Shown here piece by piece: positions 15,976 through 25,473 of a DNA stretch of 27,929 nucleotides. The DNA comes from a virus. Its lineage: Duplodnaviria; Caudoviricetes. A program made the position numbers and the translations under genes. The notes beneath the pieces are model-generated. The model saw only the letters and a program-made list of their open reading frames with translations. It did no database searches and was not told the origin of the DNA. The DNA lies in IMG/VR virus record IMGVR_UViG_3300044267_000302, positions 1-27,929 of that record, one strand, 5' to 3'. Each line of letters opens with the position of its first letter. Within the stretch, counting starts at the first letter, position 1.

Positions 15976-18780
15976 TTAAAACCACCCTTCTCTAATAGCA
16001 CGATCAATAATGCTTAATACATTTTTATCATAATCTGGATTGGTTGCATAATCTTCAGCTTGTAGCATTTTTATTGCTTCTTGAATACTGTTTGCATTTA
16101 CTATACCTTCTCTACCCAAAAAATTATCATTCCATTGTTTCTTGTATTGCATCATCATTGCTATAACATCATCAAATGTTTTAAAATCTGCTTCTTCTAC
16201 TTGTTCACCTTGACCTCTAAATTCGGTAGTCAGTTTTCTTTCAGATTCACCCCCTGCAACTTCTGATGGTGTAGCTTGAAGACCTAAGAAATTATTTTCT
16301 GCTGATTGAGTTTCACCAAAACCTGTTTCTTCCATAGCTTGTGCAGCTACAAGTTCGGGATATTTAATACCTAATTCTTTAGCAATATTATAAATAACTT
16401 GGAAATTATGTTTTTCTCTTACAGGTGCATAGGGGTGTTCTTGTTCTGTAATAATTTTAGTTTTGTCTAAATTTTCTATAAAATTAATATTATTTAAATC
16501 AGTATAATCAACACCTTCTGGTATTAATAAAACATCACCAATATCTATTTGATTAGCATTTGTAATTCCATTAGCTTTCATAATAGCTTCCATTGGAATA
16601 CCAAAATTATTTGAAATTGCAGATAAAGTATCACCAGATTCTATTTCAAATGATGTAAAACCACCTTCTGAAAATGCACCACCTTCTAAATCATCATTTA
16701 ATAAATTTGTATTTTTTTCTTGTACTTGTTTGTTTTGATAATTTCTATTGTAAACATTAAAATTAAAATTCTCATAAGTATCTATGTTTAATTCTTTTCG
16801 TAATTCTTCACCAGCACGTGTAATTGAACCATTAATAGCAACGATTGTAGTAGTTGGTCCTGATTCAAATTCATTAATAGTTGCTTCCTTAAATAATTTT
16901 GTATTTGTATCGTAGGTTAAAACTTTTTGTTCTTGTATGTTAATAGTTTGACCATCATTATCTTCACCATCACCATCATTTTCTTCTTCAACTAAAGGTA
17001 CGTTTTGGTTAAAATCATAAGCTGGATCAGTAAATACATATTGTCCAAAATCTCTTGGATTTTTAATTTTTCTTACTTCTCCTAAATACCAATTTTTAAT
17101 TGTATATCTCTTACCATCTTTTTCTATTACAGCATCAATTCCTCCATTTGCTTTTGTTAACCTTTCTAATTCTCTATTTAGATCTTCTAGTTTATTTACA
17201 TTACTTTGATCTTGTACAAAATAAACACCATCTTTTTGCTTACCAATAGTTTTAAGTGCATACTTTTGAAGGTTTGAAATCTCAGGAAATCTTTGAGTTA
17301 AACTTTTACCTTCTGTTTCGTTTAAATATTTTTTTAAATTATTATATTTTGTTCTATCTTCTTTAGAAGCATTTGGTCCTAAAGCTTGCATAACATCAGT
17401 CAACTTTGTTAAAGCATCAACTTTACTTATTTCACCTTGATCAAATTGTGTTTCTAAATCAAAAAAGAAATCATCAACATTAAAATTTCTTAGATCATAT
17501 TGCTCATATAGAAAAGCAATTTGAGTTGGAAATCGTTGTGCTAGTGACTCTAAAGTATTACCTATTAACTTATAGTCATCTATTGTTAAATCTTCTTTAG
17601 TAAAATCTATTTGATTTAATGTATTGTTTATTGTTCTTTGATTATCTACTTTTTCAAAATCGTTTTGTTTCTTTATAATTTTTTCTTTCTTGTCATAAAC
17701 ATCAGTTAATAATGTTTCAATTTGATCTTCGCCATCTTTTATATAATATGCACTTAAAGGATTTTGTATAACAGTTCCATCTTTTGAAATTGTTTTTGGT
17801 CCTACTTTTAAATTACCAATCCAACCAATATATTCTTCTATTTCTTCGTAAGCAACATCCATGTCAAGATTATTGCTTTCGTAGTAATCAAGAATTTTTA
17901 ATACATTTGTTTTTACAATCTTCAACATATTTGTTGGCGATACACTAGAAGCTAAACCTCTTTCTACCATAGAATCTACATTGCGTTGCAACTCGTTAAG
18001 AGCTAAAAATTCTCCTTGCGAAAGACCATTATTATTAATTCTGTCTGTATCTGTATAGTTATCATCTATTAAATCTAATTCTATATTGTCGTTATAATTA
18101 TCTATGCTAAACCAAGAATTTAATACTGAATAATCTAATAACGTATTTGCTTGGTTTATTTTTGAATTTGCTAAATTTATTTCTTGGTCGTTAAATACTT
18201 TTTGTAAGGCAAGATTTTGTTTAGGTAATAAATAATCTTGTATTAACTCAGGTCTAATTCCTCTTGTATCTACTAATGATGTTCTTTGAAATTCACTTAC
18301 AGCATTTGAAAACTCCTCAGAGTTAACATCAAATTGAGATAAAGGTTGTTGTATTGTCGTTCCATCTGGCAGTTCTACATCTACAACATAATCAGCAAAA
18401 AACTTTTTAGTCTTTGCTTCTGATGCGTTACCTAAATTAATTGCTAATTGTTTTTCTATTCCATATTGCATATAGTAATTCGTACCAAGAAAAAGTTTAG
18501 AAAATTTACTACCTCTTTTTTCTTCTAAATCTTTTTTAAGTTCTATAAGTTCTTTAGGAGTAGCTCCTAAAACTTCTAATTGTCCTTTTGTTATTGTTCT
18601 TTCTGCTCTTTCTTTAGCTTTTACTGCTATAAAATTTTGTAGTGTAGGATTTACTTCTGCTAAAGTTTCAGCAAAATCCATTAAGCTACTTTCTTGTACA
18701 ACATCAACAGGTGCTACAAAAGTATTTACTGGTGTTCTAAAACTTTCACCTGCTGTACTTTGAAAATTACTATTTGTCAT
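15976..18780 (-). CDS. Internal virion protein, T7 gp15-like, with C-terminal LysM and GH73 glucosaminidase-like domains
   Basis: Synteny; LysM FEIESGDTLSAISNNFGIPMEAIMKANGITNANQIDIGDVLLIP (~16519-16650); GH73 motifs AAQAMEETGFG, NNFLGLQA and YATNPDY. Confidence 0.88.
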   Translation of the reverse strand: MTNSNFQSTAGESFRTPVNTFVAPVDVVQESSLMDFAETLAEVNPTLQNFIAVKAKERAERTITKGQLEVLGATPKELIELKKDLEEKRGSKFSKLFLGTNYYMQYGIEKQLAINLGNASEAKTKKFFADYVVDVELPDGTTIQQPLSQFDVNSEEFSNAVSEFQRTSLVDTRGIRPELIQDYLLPKQNLALQKVFNDQEINLANSKINQANTLLDYSVLNSWFSIDNYNDNIELDLIDDNYTDTDRINNNGLSQGEFLALNELQRNVDSMVERGLASSVSPTNMLKIVKTNVLKILDYYESNNLDMDVAYEEIEEYIGWIGNLKVGPKTISKDGTVIQNPLSAYYIKDGEDQIETLLTDVYDKKEKIIKKQNDFEKVDNQRTINNTLNQIDFTKEDLTIDDYKLIGNTLESLAQRFPTQIAFLYEQYDLRNFNVDDFFFDLETQFDQGEISKVDALTKLTDVMQALGPNASKEDRTKYNNLKKYLNETEGKSLTQRFPEISNLQKYALKTIGKQKDGVYFVQDQSNVNKLEDLNRELERLTKANGGIDAVIEKDGKRYTIKNWYLGEVRKIKNPRDFGQYVFTDPAYDFNQNVPLVEEENDGDGEDNDGQTINIQEQKVLTYDTNTKLFKEATINEFESGPTTTIVAINGSITRAGEELRKELNIDTYENFNFNVYNRNYQNKQVQEKNTNLLNDDLEGGAFSEGGFTSFEIESGDTLSAISNNFGIPMEAIMKANGITNANQIDIGDVLLIPEGVDYTDLNNINFIENLDKTKIITEQEHPYAPVREKHNFQVIYNIAKELGIKYPELVAAQAMEETGFGETQSAENNFLGLQATPSEVAGGESERKLTTEFRGQGEQVEEADFKTFDDVIAMMMQYKKQWNDNFLGREGIVNANSIQEAIKMLQAEDYATNPDYDKNVLSIIDRAIREGWF

Positions 18781-18787
18781 AATTTAT

Positions 18788-19303
18788 TTAAGCGGGTAAT
18801 GCAGCATAAGTTTGTAAACCAGAAGCAGCAGCATTTAATAATACTGATCCTAATGAAGGTATTTGGTTATAAGCTTGAATAGTATTACTTCTGTATTGAT
18901 TTCTAATACCTTGATATTCAGACTCAGTTCCTTTGACCTTAGATAAATATTGTCTGTTCATTGAATCAATGCTTTGTCTTACCTTCTCTTTATAATTAGC
19001 ACCTTGTCGAACTGTGTCCATTACTAATAGATTTGTATTGTTACCAACTTGTCCTGATGCAAGTAAAGCTTTTGATGCTTTTAGTGTATCAATATTTTTA
19101 GCAAATACATCTTGTCTAGCAGCTACAGTTTTTTCTTGTTTACCTTCTGCTAAAGCTAATTGTTTTTCTCTTTTAGCGTCTTCTGCTGATTTAACTCCTT
19201 GTTTTTCTATTTCAAATGTATCTGCTGCTGCCTGACTTGCAGCACTACGCATAGCAAGCCCTTGGAATAAAGAAAGACCAATAGAAGCAGCGACCATGCA
19301 CAT
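18788..19303 (-). CDS. Internal virion protein, T7 gp14-like
   Basis: Met-Cys start, hydrophobic N- and C-terminal segments around an Ala/Gln-rich helical core; position after the gp13-like gene. Confidence 0.8.
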   Translation of the reverse strand: MCMVAASIGLSLFQGLAMRSAASQAAADTFEIEKQGVKSAEDAKREKQLALAEGKQEKTVAARQDVFAKNIDTLKASKALLASGQVGNNTNLLVMDTVRQGANYKEKVRQSIDSMNRQYLSKVKGTESEYQGIRNQYRSNTIQAYNQIPSLGSVLLNAAASGLQTYAALPA

Positions 19304-19756
19304 TTAAGCAACCCTCAAAAATTCATAGAATGGTTTTTCATGTTGTCCATACTTTTCGTGATAGTTTATAAACACAAAACCGAGAGCTTCTAACCACTTT
19401 ATAGCAGAATGATTCTCTGCATATACAAAATTATATAGGACTTTATAAGATTTCAACAAACTGTTTATCCATTCTCTACCTTTTCTTATTAGTTGTATTT
19501 TATATTTTTTATTAGAAAACAATTCATCAGTACAGATCATAAATATACAACCATCTTTAGCAACACCACATAAGCCCATAGGTTGATCCTCGTCACCAGC
19601 TATTGTTAGTATTGTTTTACCAAATAAAAACGACAAGCGTAAAGCATCTTCTGGATCTTGTCCTGTTTGATATAAACCTTCTAATCTATCCATTTGTCTC
19701 ATATTTTGACATACATAGTTTAGATCAGATAGTTTTGATTTTCTTAAATATCCCAT
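19304..19756 (-). CDS. T7 gp13-like protein (internal virion protein A, GNAT-like)
   Basis: 150 aa after gp12; LYNFVYAENHSAIKWLEALGFVF resembles GNAT motif B (N-x-x-A-x-x-x-x-x-x-x-G-F). Confidence 0.82.
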   Translation of the reverse strand: MGYLRKSKLSDLNYVCQNMRQMDRLEGLYQTGQDPEDALRLSFLFGKTILTIAGDEDQPMGLCGVAKDGCIFMICTDELFSNKKYKIQLIRKGREWINSLLKSYKVLYNFVYAENHSAIKWLEALGFVFINYHEKYGQHEKPFYEFLRVA

Positions 19757-22215
19757 TAAGTTCTTCTACTCCTCATGTGAAATACTCCTTCATATTCTGC
19801 ACTAGCTAACAAAGTAGGCAAGAACGTATTGTTCTTTATATCTATATCTACTCTATCTGATTTGCTCATAATTGGTACTTTAAATGTACCTGTATCTAAA
19901 TTAATTTGACCGATAGAAGCAGAAGCAGCACCAAGCAAACGACCAGTAAATTTATGTAAAGATGTGTCTCTATTCTCAGGTGTTACTTCTACTTGAAAGA
20001 AACCAGAATCTTCATACTTAATATAAAAATGATGTATTTGTAATCGACCACTTATAAGTTCAGTAGCGCCACCCCCACCACCTTGAGTTAATCTTTGTTG
20101 ACTAAACCTATAGTGCATTTCATAAGGTTCACCAATAATAAATTTACTATTTCTAAAATCACCTGCTGCTGTAATGGTAGAAGTAGATCCGTTTGTAAGG
20201 TTAGTAGTATTTAAAACTTGTCCTGATTTAAGTGTTTGTGTATTACCTTGAGTATCAACAAAAGTACTTGTTTCATTGCTGGCAAGATAACGACCAACAA
20301 TATTCATATTTGCTCTAAGTCTATATGGCACAGTAAAAGTTGTAATGTCAGTACCAGAGTCATAAGCAACAGATACACCACTAGTTGCTTCAGTTACTTT
20401 ATGGTCTAAGTGATATTCAAACTCTGCATTAGGTTCTCTAAAATTAGTTTCAAATGGTATCTTTTCTAAGGTTACTTTATTTGCTTCTTCTACAACCATT
20501 ATTAAATCAGTACCAATAAAATCAATATTTAAGATAGACCTATTACTGTTAAATGTATAAGTAAACCAAGCGTTTAAAGCTTTACTAAACCCTTCACCAT
20601 ATAACCATCTGTTTACATATAACTTGTTTGAATTTTCTGTACCAAGCAAAACAAGAATATCTTGGTTGTTTGATACTGCCATTTTAAAAATGCCACTTGG
20701 TATCAGTCTTGGTACATGAATAGTTGTGTTTGCAGCATCTTGGATCTGTTGATTGCCTGTAATAATATATTCTCTAATACCTGCAAAAGTACCTTTTTTA
20801 GTTAAGAAATAAATAGAAGAACCAGAACCTACAGGCTGTGCTGCTGTATTACTTTCAAATTCAGTTTGTACAAGTACGTTAGCTGTTGAAGGTGTAAGGT
20901 TGTCTGCTGAACTTGATAGTACAAATTGCGTTTGTTCAGAAAATAATATAAGCTTTTCTCCCATAGTTACTGCGTGTTTTAAGATCGCAACTTTTGTATG
21001 AGATGCAGCTACGTCTATGGGTTCTGTATCTAAAACTGATATAACTGTTTCTGGAAAGAAATTAAAAAACTCTGATACTGTTGAAAGAATTACATTATCT
21101 GCTGCAAGAAACCCAAGCCTATTTCTAAAGAAAAATACATTATTAATTTTTTGTCCTATAAAAGAAGGATCTGGTGATGACACTAAATCACCAACAACAC
21201 GTTCACCCCATTTAGGTAATGTATATGTCGTACCAGAAAGTGTATATGTATCTCCATCTACTCTTGCAAATCTAAAATTTCCATCAGCTTGACGTATAAG
21301 AACGTGTGGCATTGTGTCGTAATTAAATTTAAAAGGTATGCCAGCTTTTACTGTTTCTGACCATTGCCCTTCTTCAAAAGCATTTCCATTATTAGTCGTA
21401 AATTTAACGTAGTAATTATCAAAGTCTGTACCTTCATCTCCAACAATCTCTACCACATATCCATTAGGAGATACGTTTGGAAGATCAGTAAATTGCTGTA
21501 CTGTATTTTTTATTACTGTCATCTTAGTATTACCTTGAGAGTCACTACCATCTATTGAAAAATTACTGCCATCACTCTTCTTAATGTGTATTACAGGACC
21601 ATTTCTAGCAATAGTGAAACCTGTAAGACCAGAGTTTAAACCATTAGTAAGATCAGTAGCTACAGTTTCAGTTGATAAGGGATCATTACCAGTAGTGTCA
21701 TCTGTAACTGTTACACCATCTACAGTTATCGAATAAGTTGTTTTAGCTGTTGCTTGATTTATAAATACTATTGCTTGCGTAATATTACTAGCACTATTTG
21801 ATACTGCTGAATCCATTGCTGGTGTAATACTTGTATTAACAACAAAAGTATAGTCAGCAATAGTTACTGTCTTCATTACATTTCTAGGGTCTGATGTATT
21901 TAAATAGTTCGTACCATCTGGTTTATTTACTGTCTTTTCTGTACCATCTAACTCATAAACTTTTACATTGCCATTACTAAATACTGCTACATACTGTTCA
22001 CTAGCATCTCTATTTATAGTTTGGATATGAACATTACCAAGAGTAGAACTACTAATACCAGCTAAAAATTGCGATCCAGACCTTTTTGTTAAACCAAGAA
22101 CAGGATTACTGTCAGCATTATCTTGTATGTCAGCGTGGTCTGCTTGCTTTAAAGCATCAGAAGATTGTGATATACCTCTCAATAATGTAGGTATAGCTCT
22201 TGATATAACAGCCAT
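19756..22215 (-). CDS. gp12: Tail tubular protein B / nozzle
   Basis: 819 aa beta-rich; IPTLLRGISQ, LGLTKRSG, TMPHVLIR, PSFIGQKINNVFFFRNRLGFL. Confidence 0.94.
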   Translation of the reverse strand: MAVISRAIPTLLRGISQSSDALKQADHADIQDNADSNPVLGLTKRSGSQFLAGISSSTLGNVHIQTINRDASEQYVAVFSNGNVKVYELDGTEKTVNKPDGTNYLNTSDPRNVMKTVTIADYTFVVNTSITPAMDSAVSNSASNITQAIVFINQATAKTTYSITVDGVTVTDDTTGNDPLSTETVATDLTNGLNSGLTGFTIARNGPVIHIKKSDGSNFSIDGSDSQGNTKMTVIKNTVQQFTDLPNVSPNGYVVEIVGDEGTDFDNYYVKFTTNNGNAFEEGQWSETVKAGIPFKFNYDTMPHVLIRQADGNFRFARVDGDTYTLSGTTYTLPKWGERVVGDLVSSPDPSFIGQKINNVFFFRNRLGFLAADNVILSTVSEFFNFFPETVISVLDTEPIDVAASHTKVAILKHAVTMGEKLILFSEQTQFVLSSSADNLTPSTANVLVQTEFESNTAAQPVGSGSSIYFLTKKGTFAGIREYIITGNQQIQDAANTTIHVPRLIPSGIFKMAVSNNQDILVLLGTENSNKLYVNRWLYGEGFSKALNAWFTYTFNSNRSILNIDFIGTDLIMVVEEANKVTLEKIPFETNFREPNAEFEYHLDHKVTEATSGVSVAYDSGTDITTFTVPYRLRANMNIVGRYLASNETSTFVDTQGNTQTLKSGQVLNTTNLTNGSTSTITAAGDFRNSKFIIGEPYEMHYRFSQQRLTQGGGGGATELISGRLQIHHFYIKYEDSGFFQVEVTPENRDTSLHKFTGRLLGAASASIGQINLDTGTFKVPIMSKSDRVDIDIKNNTFLPTLLASAEYEGVFHMRSRRT

Positions 22216-22217
22216 AG

Positions 22218-22826
22218 TTATCTAATTAAGGCACTAGAAGGATTGTAAGTATCAAAGATACTGGTAAGTGAAGGATCTCCTCTTAATAAGTTATGATCTC
22301 CATTTGCTAAATCGGTTTCCATTAATATTGCTCTAGCTCTTTGCTCGTCTTGTTGTGTATAAGTTCTTAATGCTTGATCGCTTACAAGTCTGTCAACAAA
22401 CTTTCTTGCAGCTTGTATATTTATATAGTGCCTAGCTGGTTCTGGTATCTCATCAAAATCTCTAAAATAAACAACAGTACAAATTAAATCCTCATCAAAT
22501 TCATATTTATTATTTTGCCTGTCATATAATTTTAAACCACGTTGTATAGGATCAATGGTTGGGTGTTGATGGATATTAGCGTCAACTCTTAATATGTTTG
22601 TAGAAAGATGAACATGACCTGTATTATCTCTGGTAAGTTTTACATCTATTTCAGTATTAAAAGACCAACCTTCTGATTGAACGCTTTTATTTACTTCAGA
22701 TAAAGTAGACTGAGCGATACGAGCATCAACAGGAAGTGTACCTGTAAGACTATTTATAGGAGCTTCTCCTATAGCAGCCAGCATTATGTTGATAGATTCA
22801 AGTTCTGTTGTTGCAGCTACAGCCAT
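22218..22826 (-). CDS. gp11: Tail tubular protein A / adaptor
   Basis: ELESINIMLAAIGEAPINSL and VQSEGWSFNTE motifs; 202 aa, upstream of gp12. Confidence 0.95.
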   Translation of the reverse strand: MAVAATTELESINIMLAAIGEAPINSLTGTLPVDARIAQSTLSEVNKSVQSEGWSFNTEIDVKLTRDNTGHVHLSTNILRVDANIHQHPTIDPIQRGLKLYDRQNNKYEFDEDLICTVVYFRDFDEIPEPARHYINIQAARKFVDRLVSDQALRTYTQQDEQRARAILMETDLANGDHNLLRGDPSLTSIFDTYNPSSALIR

Positions 22827-22996
22827 TACTTACCTCCAATCAGTTTGTTTCTAATTTTAGCTGTTTCTTTGGTAAATCTATATTTTTCAGCAAGCGTTGT
22901 TTTACCTGTATCATTCATTTTTTGATTGTAGGCATCAATATAAGCTTGACCTTCTAGACCAAGAATACCTTTTTTCTTTTTGTTTTTACCAAACAT
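22826..22996 (-). CDS. Small basic hypothetical protein, 56 aa
   Basis: Manual translation MFGKNKKKKGILGLEGQAYIDAYNQKMNDTGKTTLAEKYRFTKETAKIRNKLIGGK*; TAATG overlap with gp11, and its last codons supply a GGAGG SD for gp11. Confidence 0.7.
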   Translation of the reverse strand: MFGKNKKKKGILGLEGQAYIDAYNQKMNDTGKTTLAEKYRFTKETAKIRNKLIGGK

Positions 22997-22998
22997 AA

Positions 22999-23082
22999 TT
23001 AATACCCCTTCTTGTTAATTTTAAGTGAGTCTCTCCCACCTTTCTGTTTTTTTTTAATATTGTAAGCTTTTCCTTGTGGCAT
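22999..23082 (-). CDS. Very small basic protein, 27 aa
   Basis: Manual translation MPQGKAYNIKKKQKGGRDSLKINKKGY*; packed with 10-nt and 2-nt gaps to its neighbours. Confidence 0.55.
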   Translation of the reverse strand: MPQGKAYNIKKKQKGGRDSLKINKKGY

Positions 23083-23092
23083 GATAATAAAG

Positions 23093-23281
23093 TTATTTTA
23101 TTTTAAGTGTAGCTTTTTGACGAGCTTGTGCTTGTTTTTGTTTGACAGTTTGCATTGCTTTTTTATTTGCTTCTTCTTGCATTTTCTTCCGTTGTTCTTC
23201 TATTTGTTTTTTTCTTAGTTCTTCTAACATTTTTCTTTGTTGTTGCTGTTGCAACTTTTGATAGCTTGAACCAAAATCCAT
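23093..23281 (-). CDS. Gln/Lys-rich coiled-coil small protein, 62 aa
   Basis: ORF starts 3 nt after the terminator U-tract; low-complexity Q/K/E helix. Confidence 0.6.
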   Translation of the reverse strand: MDFGSSYQKLQQQQQRKMLEELRKKQIEEQRKKMQEEANKKAMQTVKQKQAQARQKATLKIK

Positions 23282-23284
23282 AAT

Positions 23285-23315
23285 AAAAAAAGGGTATCTA
23301 ATAATAAGATACCCT
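23285..23315 (-). terminator. Intrinsic terminator after the major capsid gene (T-phi position)
   Basis: Minus strand AGGGTATCT-TATTATT-AGATACCCT, a perfect 9-bp stem followed by TTTTTT. Confidence 0.9.
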
Positions 23316-23326
23316 ATAAATTGAAA

Positions 23327-24313
23327 TTAAGAAGCAGATAGCTTAATAGTAGCTGCACATTCTGGTCTTAGGATTCCATGACCTAGAGCATACTTAGCAA
23401 CCATTAATGTACCTTGATACATAATTCCGTAGTCAGAACCAGAGATCTCAGTTGTCATATCCATAAGTTTTACTGTACCAACAGCAGACTTGTGGAAGAC
23501 AAGACCAATAGTTTTACTATCGTCACCTGAGTAAGTGTTGTTCGCACCACTTGGGTTTGATCCTACGTTACTCTGAGGTACGTTGTTGCTCATCATCACA
23601 GGGATACCAGCAACTTGTTGTACCTTACCAGAAGCAAACGAACCATTACCTTGTGGGTTGAAGTCAACGTCTACAGTTCTTGTAGCAGATTCAGCAAGTT
23701 TGTAGTACTCAGCAGGTGGTAGTACACAGAAACGATCTGTTGGAGGAATGTCTCTTTCGTCAAATGTCTGTGCAATGTCATAGATAGCTGCTGCTATCTC
23801 ATCACCAGTAACATCAGAAGAAGCTGTATTACCATTAGCAAGTGTTAATACAAGACCACCATTACCACCTGTAAGAGTAGTAGATGCACGACTTGCATTA
23901 GCTATTTGTTTCGCTACGTTTTCATCGTATTTTTTAGCGAGTGCCTTACCTAATTCATCAGCGTAAGTAGCTCTTACGTCATAATGATTTTTTAGTTCGT
24001 CAATACTAGCAACGAAACTTTGAGCAATTAGAAGATCATCTATGTTGATAATCTTTTCATTCGCCAAGATTTGGTTAGCACCAACAAGAGGAGTTCCTAC
24101 TGTATGGTATGCAGCAGTAGCAGTTCCTAATACTGGGAACTGTGCTGACTTACCACTTGTGATAGTACGAACTGAATGAAGTTGCTCGTTAAAGATATTG
24201 TTTCTAGCAAAAGCTGTTAAAACTTCCCCAGAAAATACCTTTAAAAACAGGGCATCATAAGATGTGCCTGAGTTATTAACCAAACCAAGACGAGATACTG
24301 TGGCGTTAGCCAT
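23327..24313 (-). CDS. gp10: Major capsid protein
   Basis: ALFLKVFSGEVLTAF, RTITSGKSAQFPVLG and YALGHGILRPECA match T7 gp10A; SD AAGGAG 7 nt upstream. Confidence 0.98.
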   Translation of the reverse strand: MANATVSRLGLVNNSGTSYDALFLKVFSGEVLTAFARNNIFNEQLHSVRTITSGKSAQFPVLGTATAAYHTVGTPLVGANQILANEKIINIDDLLIAQSFVASIDELKNHYDVRATYADELGKALAKKYDENVAKQIANASRASTTLTGGNGGLVLTLANGNTASSDVTGDEIAAAIYDIAQTFDERDIPPTDRFCVLPPAEYYKLAESATRTVDVDFNPQGNGSFASGKVQQVAGIPVMMSNNVPQSNVGSNPSGANNTYSGDDSKTIGLVFHKSAVGTVKLMDMTTEISGSDYGIMYQGTLMVAKYALGHGILRPECAATIKLSAS

Positions 24314-24498
24314 AGGAAAACTCCTTGATTAATGTTTAAATTTGAGTAACTAACTTCGTTTCAATCCTTTCTCTCAAGTGGTATCTGACGCATCAGGCAC
24401 AAGGATATTTAGATTTCTACTCTGTTAATTTATACAGACTCACAATATTATTTGTGAGTTAGCTTACCATCTAGATGTAAGTTATTTTTAATATAACA
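24314..24498 (-). promoter_or_regulatory. Capsid 5' leader: extended -10 promoter plus multiple hairpins and SD
   Basis: TG-T-TATATT at 24490-24498; inverted repeats at 24463-24481, 24438-24459, 24421-24438 and 24364-24406; SD at 24321-24326. Confidence 0.6.
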
Positions 24499-25302
24499 CT
24501 AATTACCAAATACGTTAGAACCTGCTAAACGTGCTTTTACATTTTCGGTATAAGATACATCTTTTTCCCAACGAGGATCAGACATAGCAGTTACTACTTC
24601 TGCTGTAGATCTAAATGGTGTAGGTCCACTTGTTGAAGCACGACCTGAGTAGAGATTTGGTTCAACTCCCATAGCGTTATTGTATTGTGAAAAGATACCT
24701 TGAACAGCCAACTTAATAGCAGGTCCATCTCCTGTATCAGTTAACTTGTTAAAGGCTTGAACATCATCAGCAGGTAGATTTTCTACAGCCCAAGAAACCA
24801 TTTGATTGTAGCTTTCATCTCCACCAACTGAATCTTTAATACCTTGTGCATCTACTTCACCTGCCATAGCAGAATTGCGTAGACCATCTAAATAGGTATC
24901 AACAATTTGTTTTGAAAAACCAGCTTCATTTAGTTTGCTGTAATCGTCTTTAGAAATTTCATTATTTTTTTCAAAGCGATCTGATATATCTTGTGCATCA
25001 ATACCAACTTCTTCTAATACAGAAGCAAGACCTTCTCCATAATATTCTTTTGCGTCAAATTCAGAATCGTTAGTTTCTGTTTCTTGTTCTTGCTCCTCTT
25101 TTTGTTCTTCTACTTTACCTTCTGGTTCTTCTTTGGTTTGATCTATAGCACCAAGCTTACCTTCAAGTTCTTTATAGCTACCTACAAGATCTTCTACAGA
25201 TTTAAACTTGCCAGCATATAAACCATTCTCTTCTTTTAAACCTTCCAAGTCATTAGCAGACATTGGTGGAGTTTCTGAAACATTTACTTGTGATGAAGTC
25301 AT
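24499..25302 (-). CDS. gp9: Capsid assembly scaffolding protein
   Basis: Highly acidic; YAGKFKSVEDL, SVGGDESYNQMVSWA and AEVVTAMSDPRW motifs; between portal and capsid. Confidence 0.93.
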   Translation of the reverse strand: MTSSQVNVSETPPMSANDLEGLKEENGLYAGKFKSVEDLVGSYKELEGKLGAIDQTKEEPEGKVEEQKEEQEQETETNDSEFDAKEYYGEGLASVLEEVGIDAQDISDRFEKNNEISKDDYSKLNEAGFSKQIVDTYLDGLRNSAMAGEVDAQGIKDSVGGDESYNQMVSWAVENLPADDVQAFNKLTDTGDGPAIKLAVQGIFSQYNNAMGVEPNLYSGRASTSGPTPFRSTAEVVTAMSDPRWEKDVSYTENVKARLAGSNVFGN

Positions 25303-25314
25303 AGTGGTTTTCTT

Positions 25315-25473
25315 TTAACTATAGTGAATTGTACTGCCATGTCTAGTAGTGACATCACCAGACTTTTCGGGTACAGGGTTTGGATCGTTAACACCTAGTT
25401 CGCTAACGATAGCTTTTTCAGAGACAAATTTTCCGTCTTCATCTCTTTTTCTACTGGACTTCTTGTTGGGCAT
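25315..25473 (-). CDS. Small hypothetical protein, 52 aa, with RDxxGKF motif
   Basis: Start revised to the ATG at 25473, preceded by GGAGG-AACCAA; overlaps the last 23 nt of the portal gene. Confidence 0.7.
   Translation of the reverse strand: MPNKKSSRKRDEDGKFVSEKAIVSELGVNDPNPVPEKSGDVTTRHGSTIHYS

Noticed and set aside
23327-23400. T7 gp10A/10B-style -1 frameshift extension of the capsid
   Set aside because: No X XXY YYZ slippery heptamer in the last codons, and a terminator follows 11 nt after the stop.
24360-24482. tRNA or known riboswitch in the capsid leader
   Set aside because: No cloverleaf or T-loop GTTCRA, and no riboswitch consensus I can recognise; kept only as a generic structured leader.
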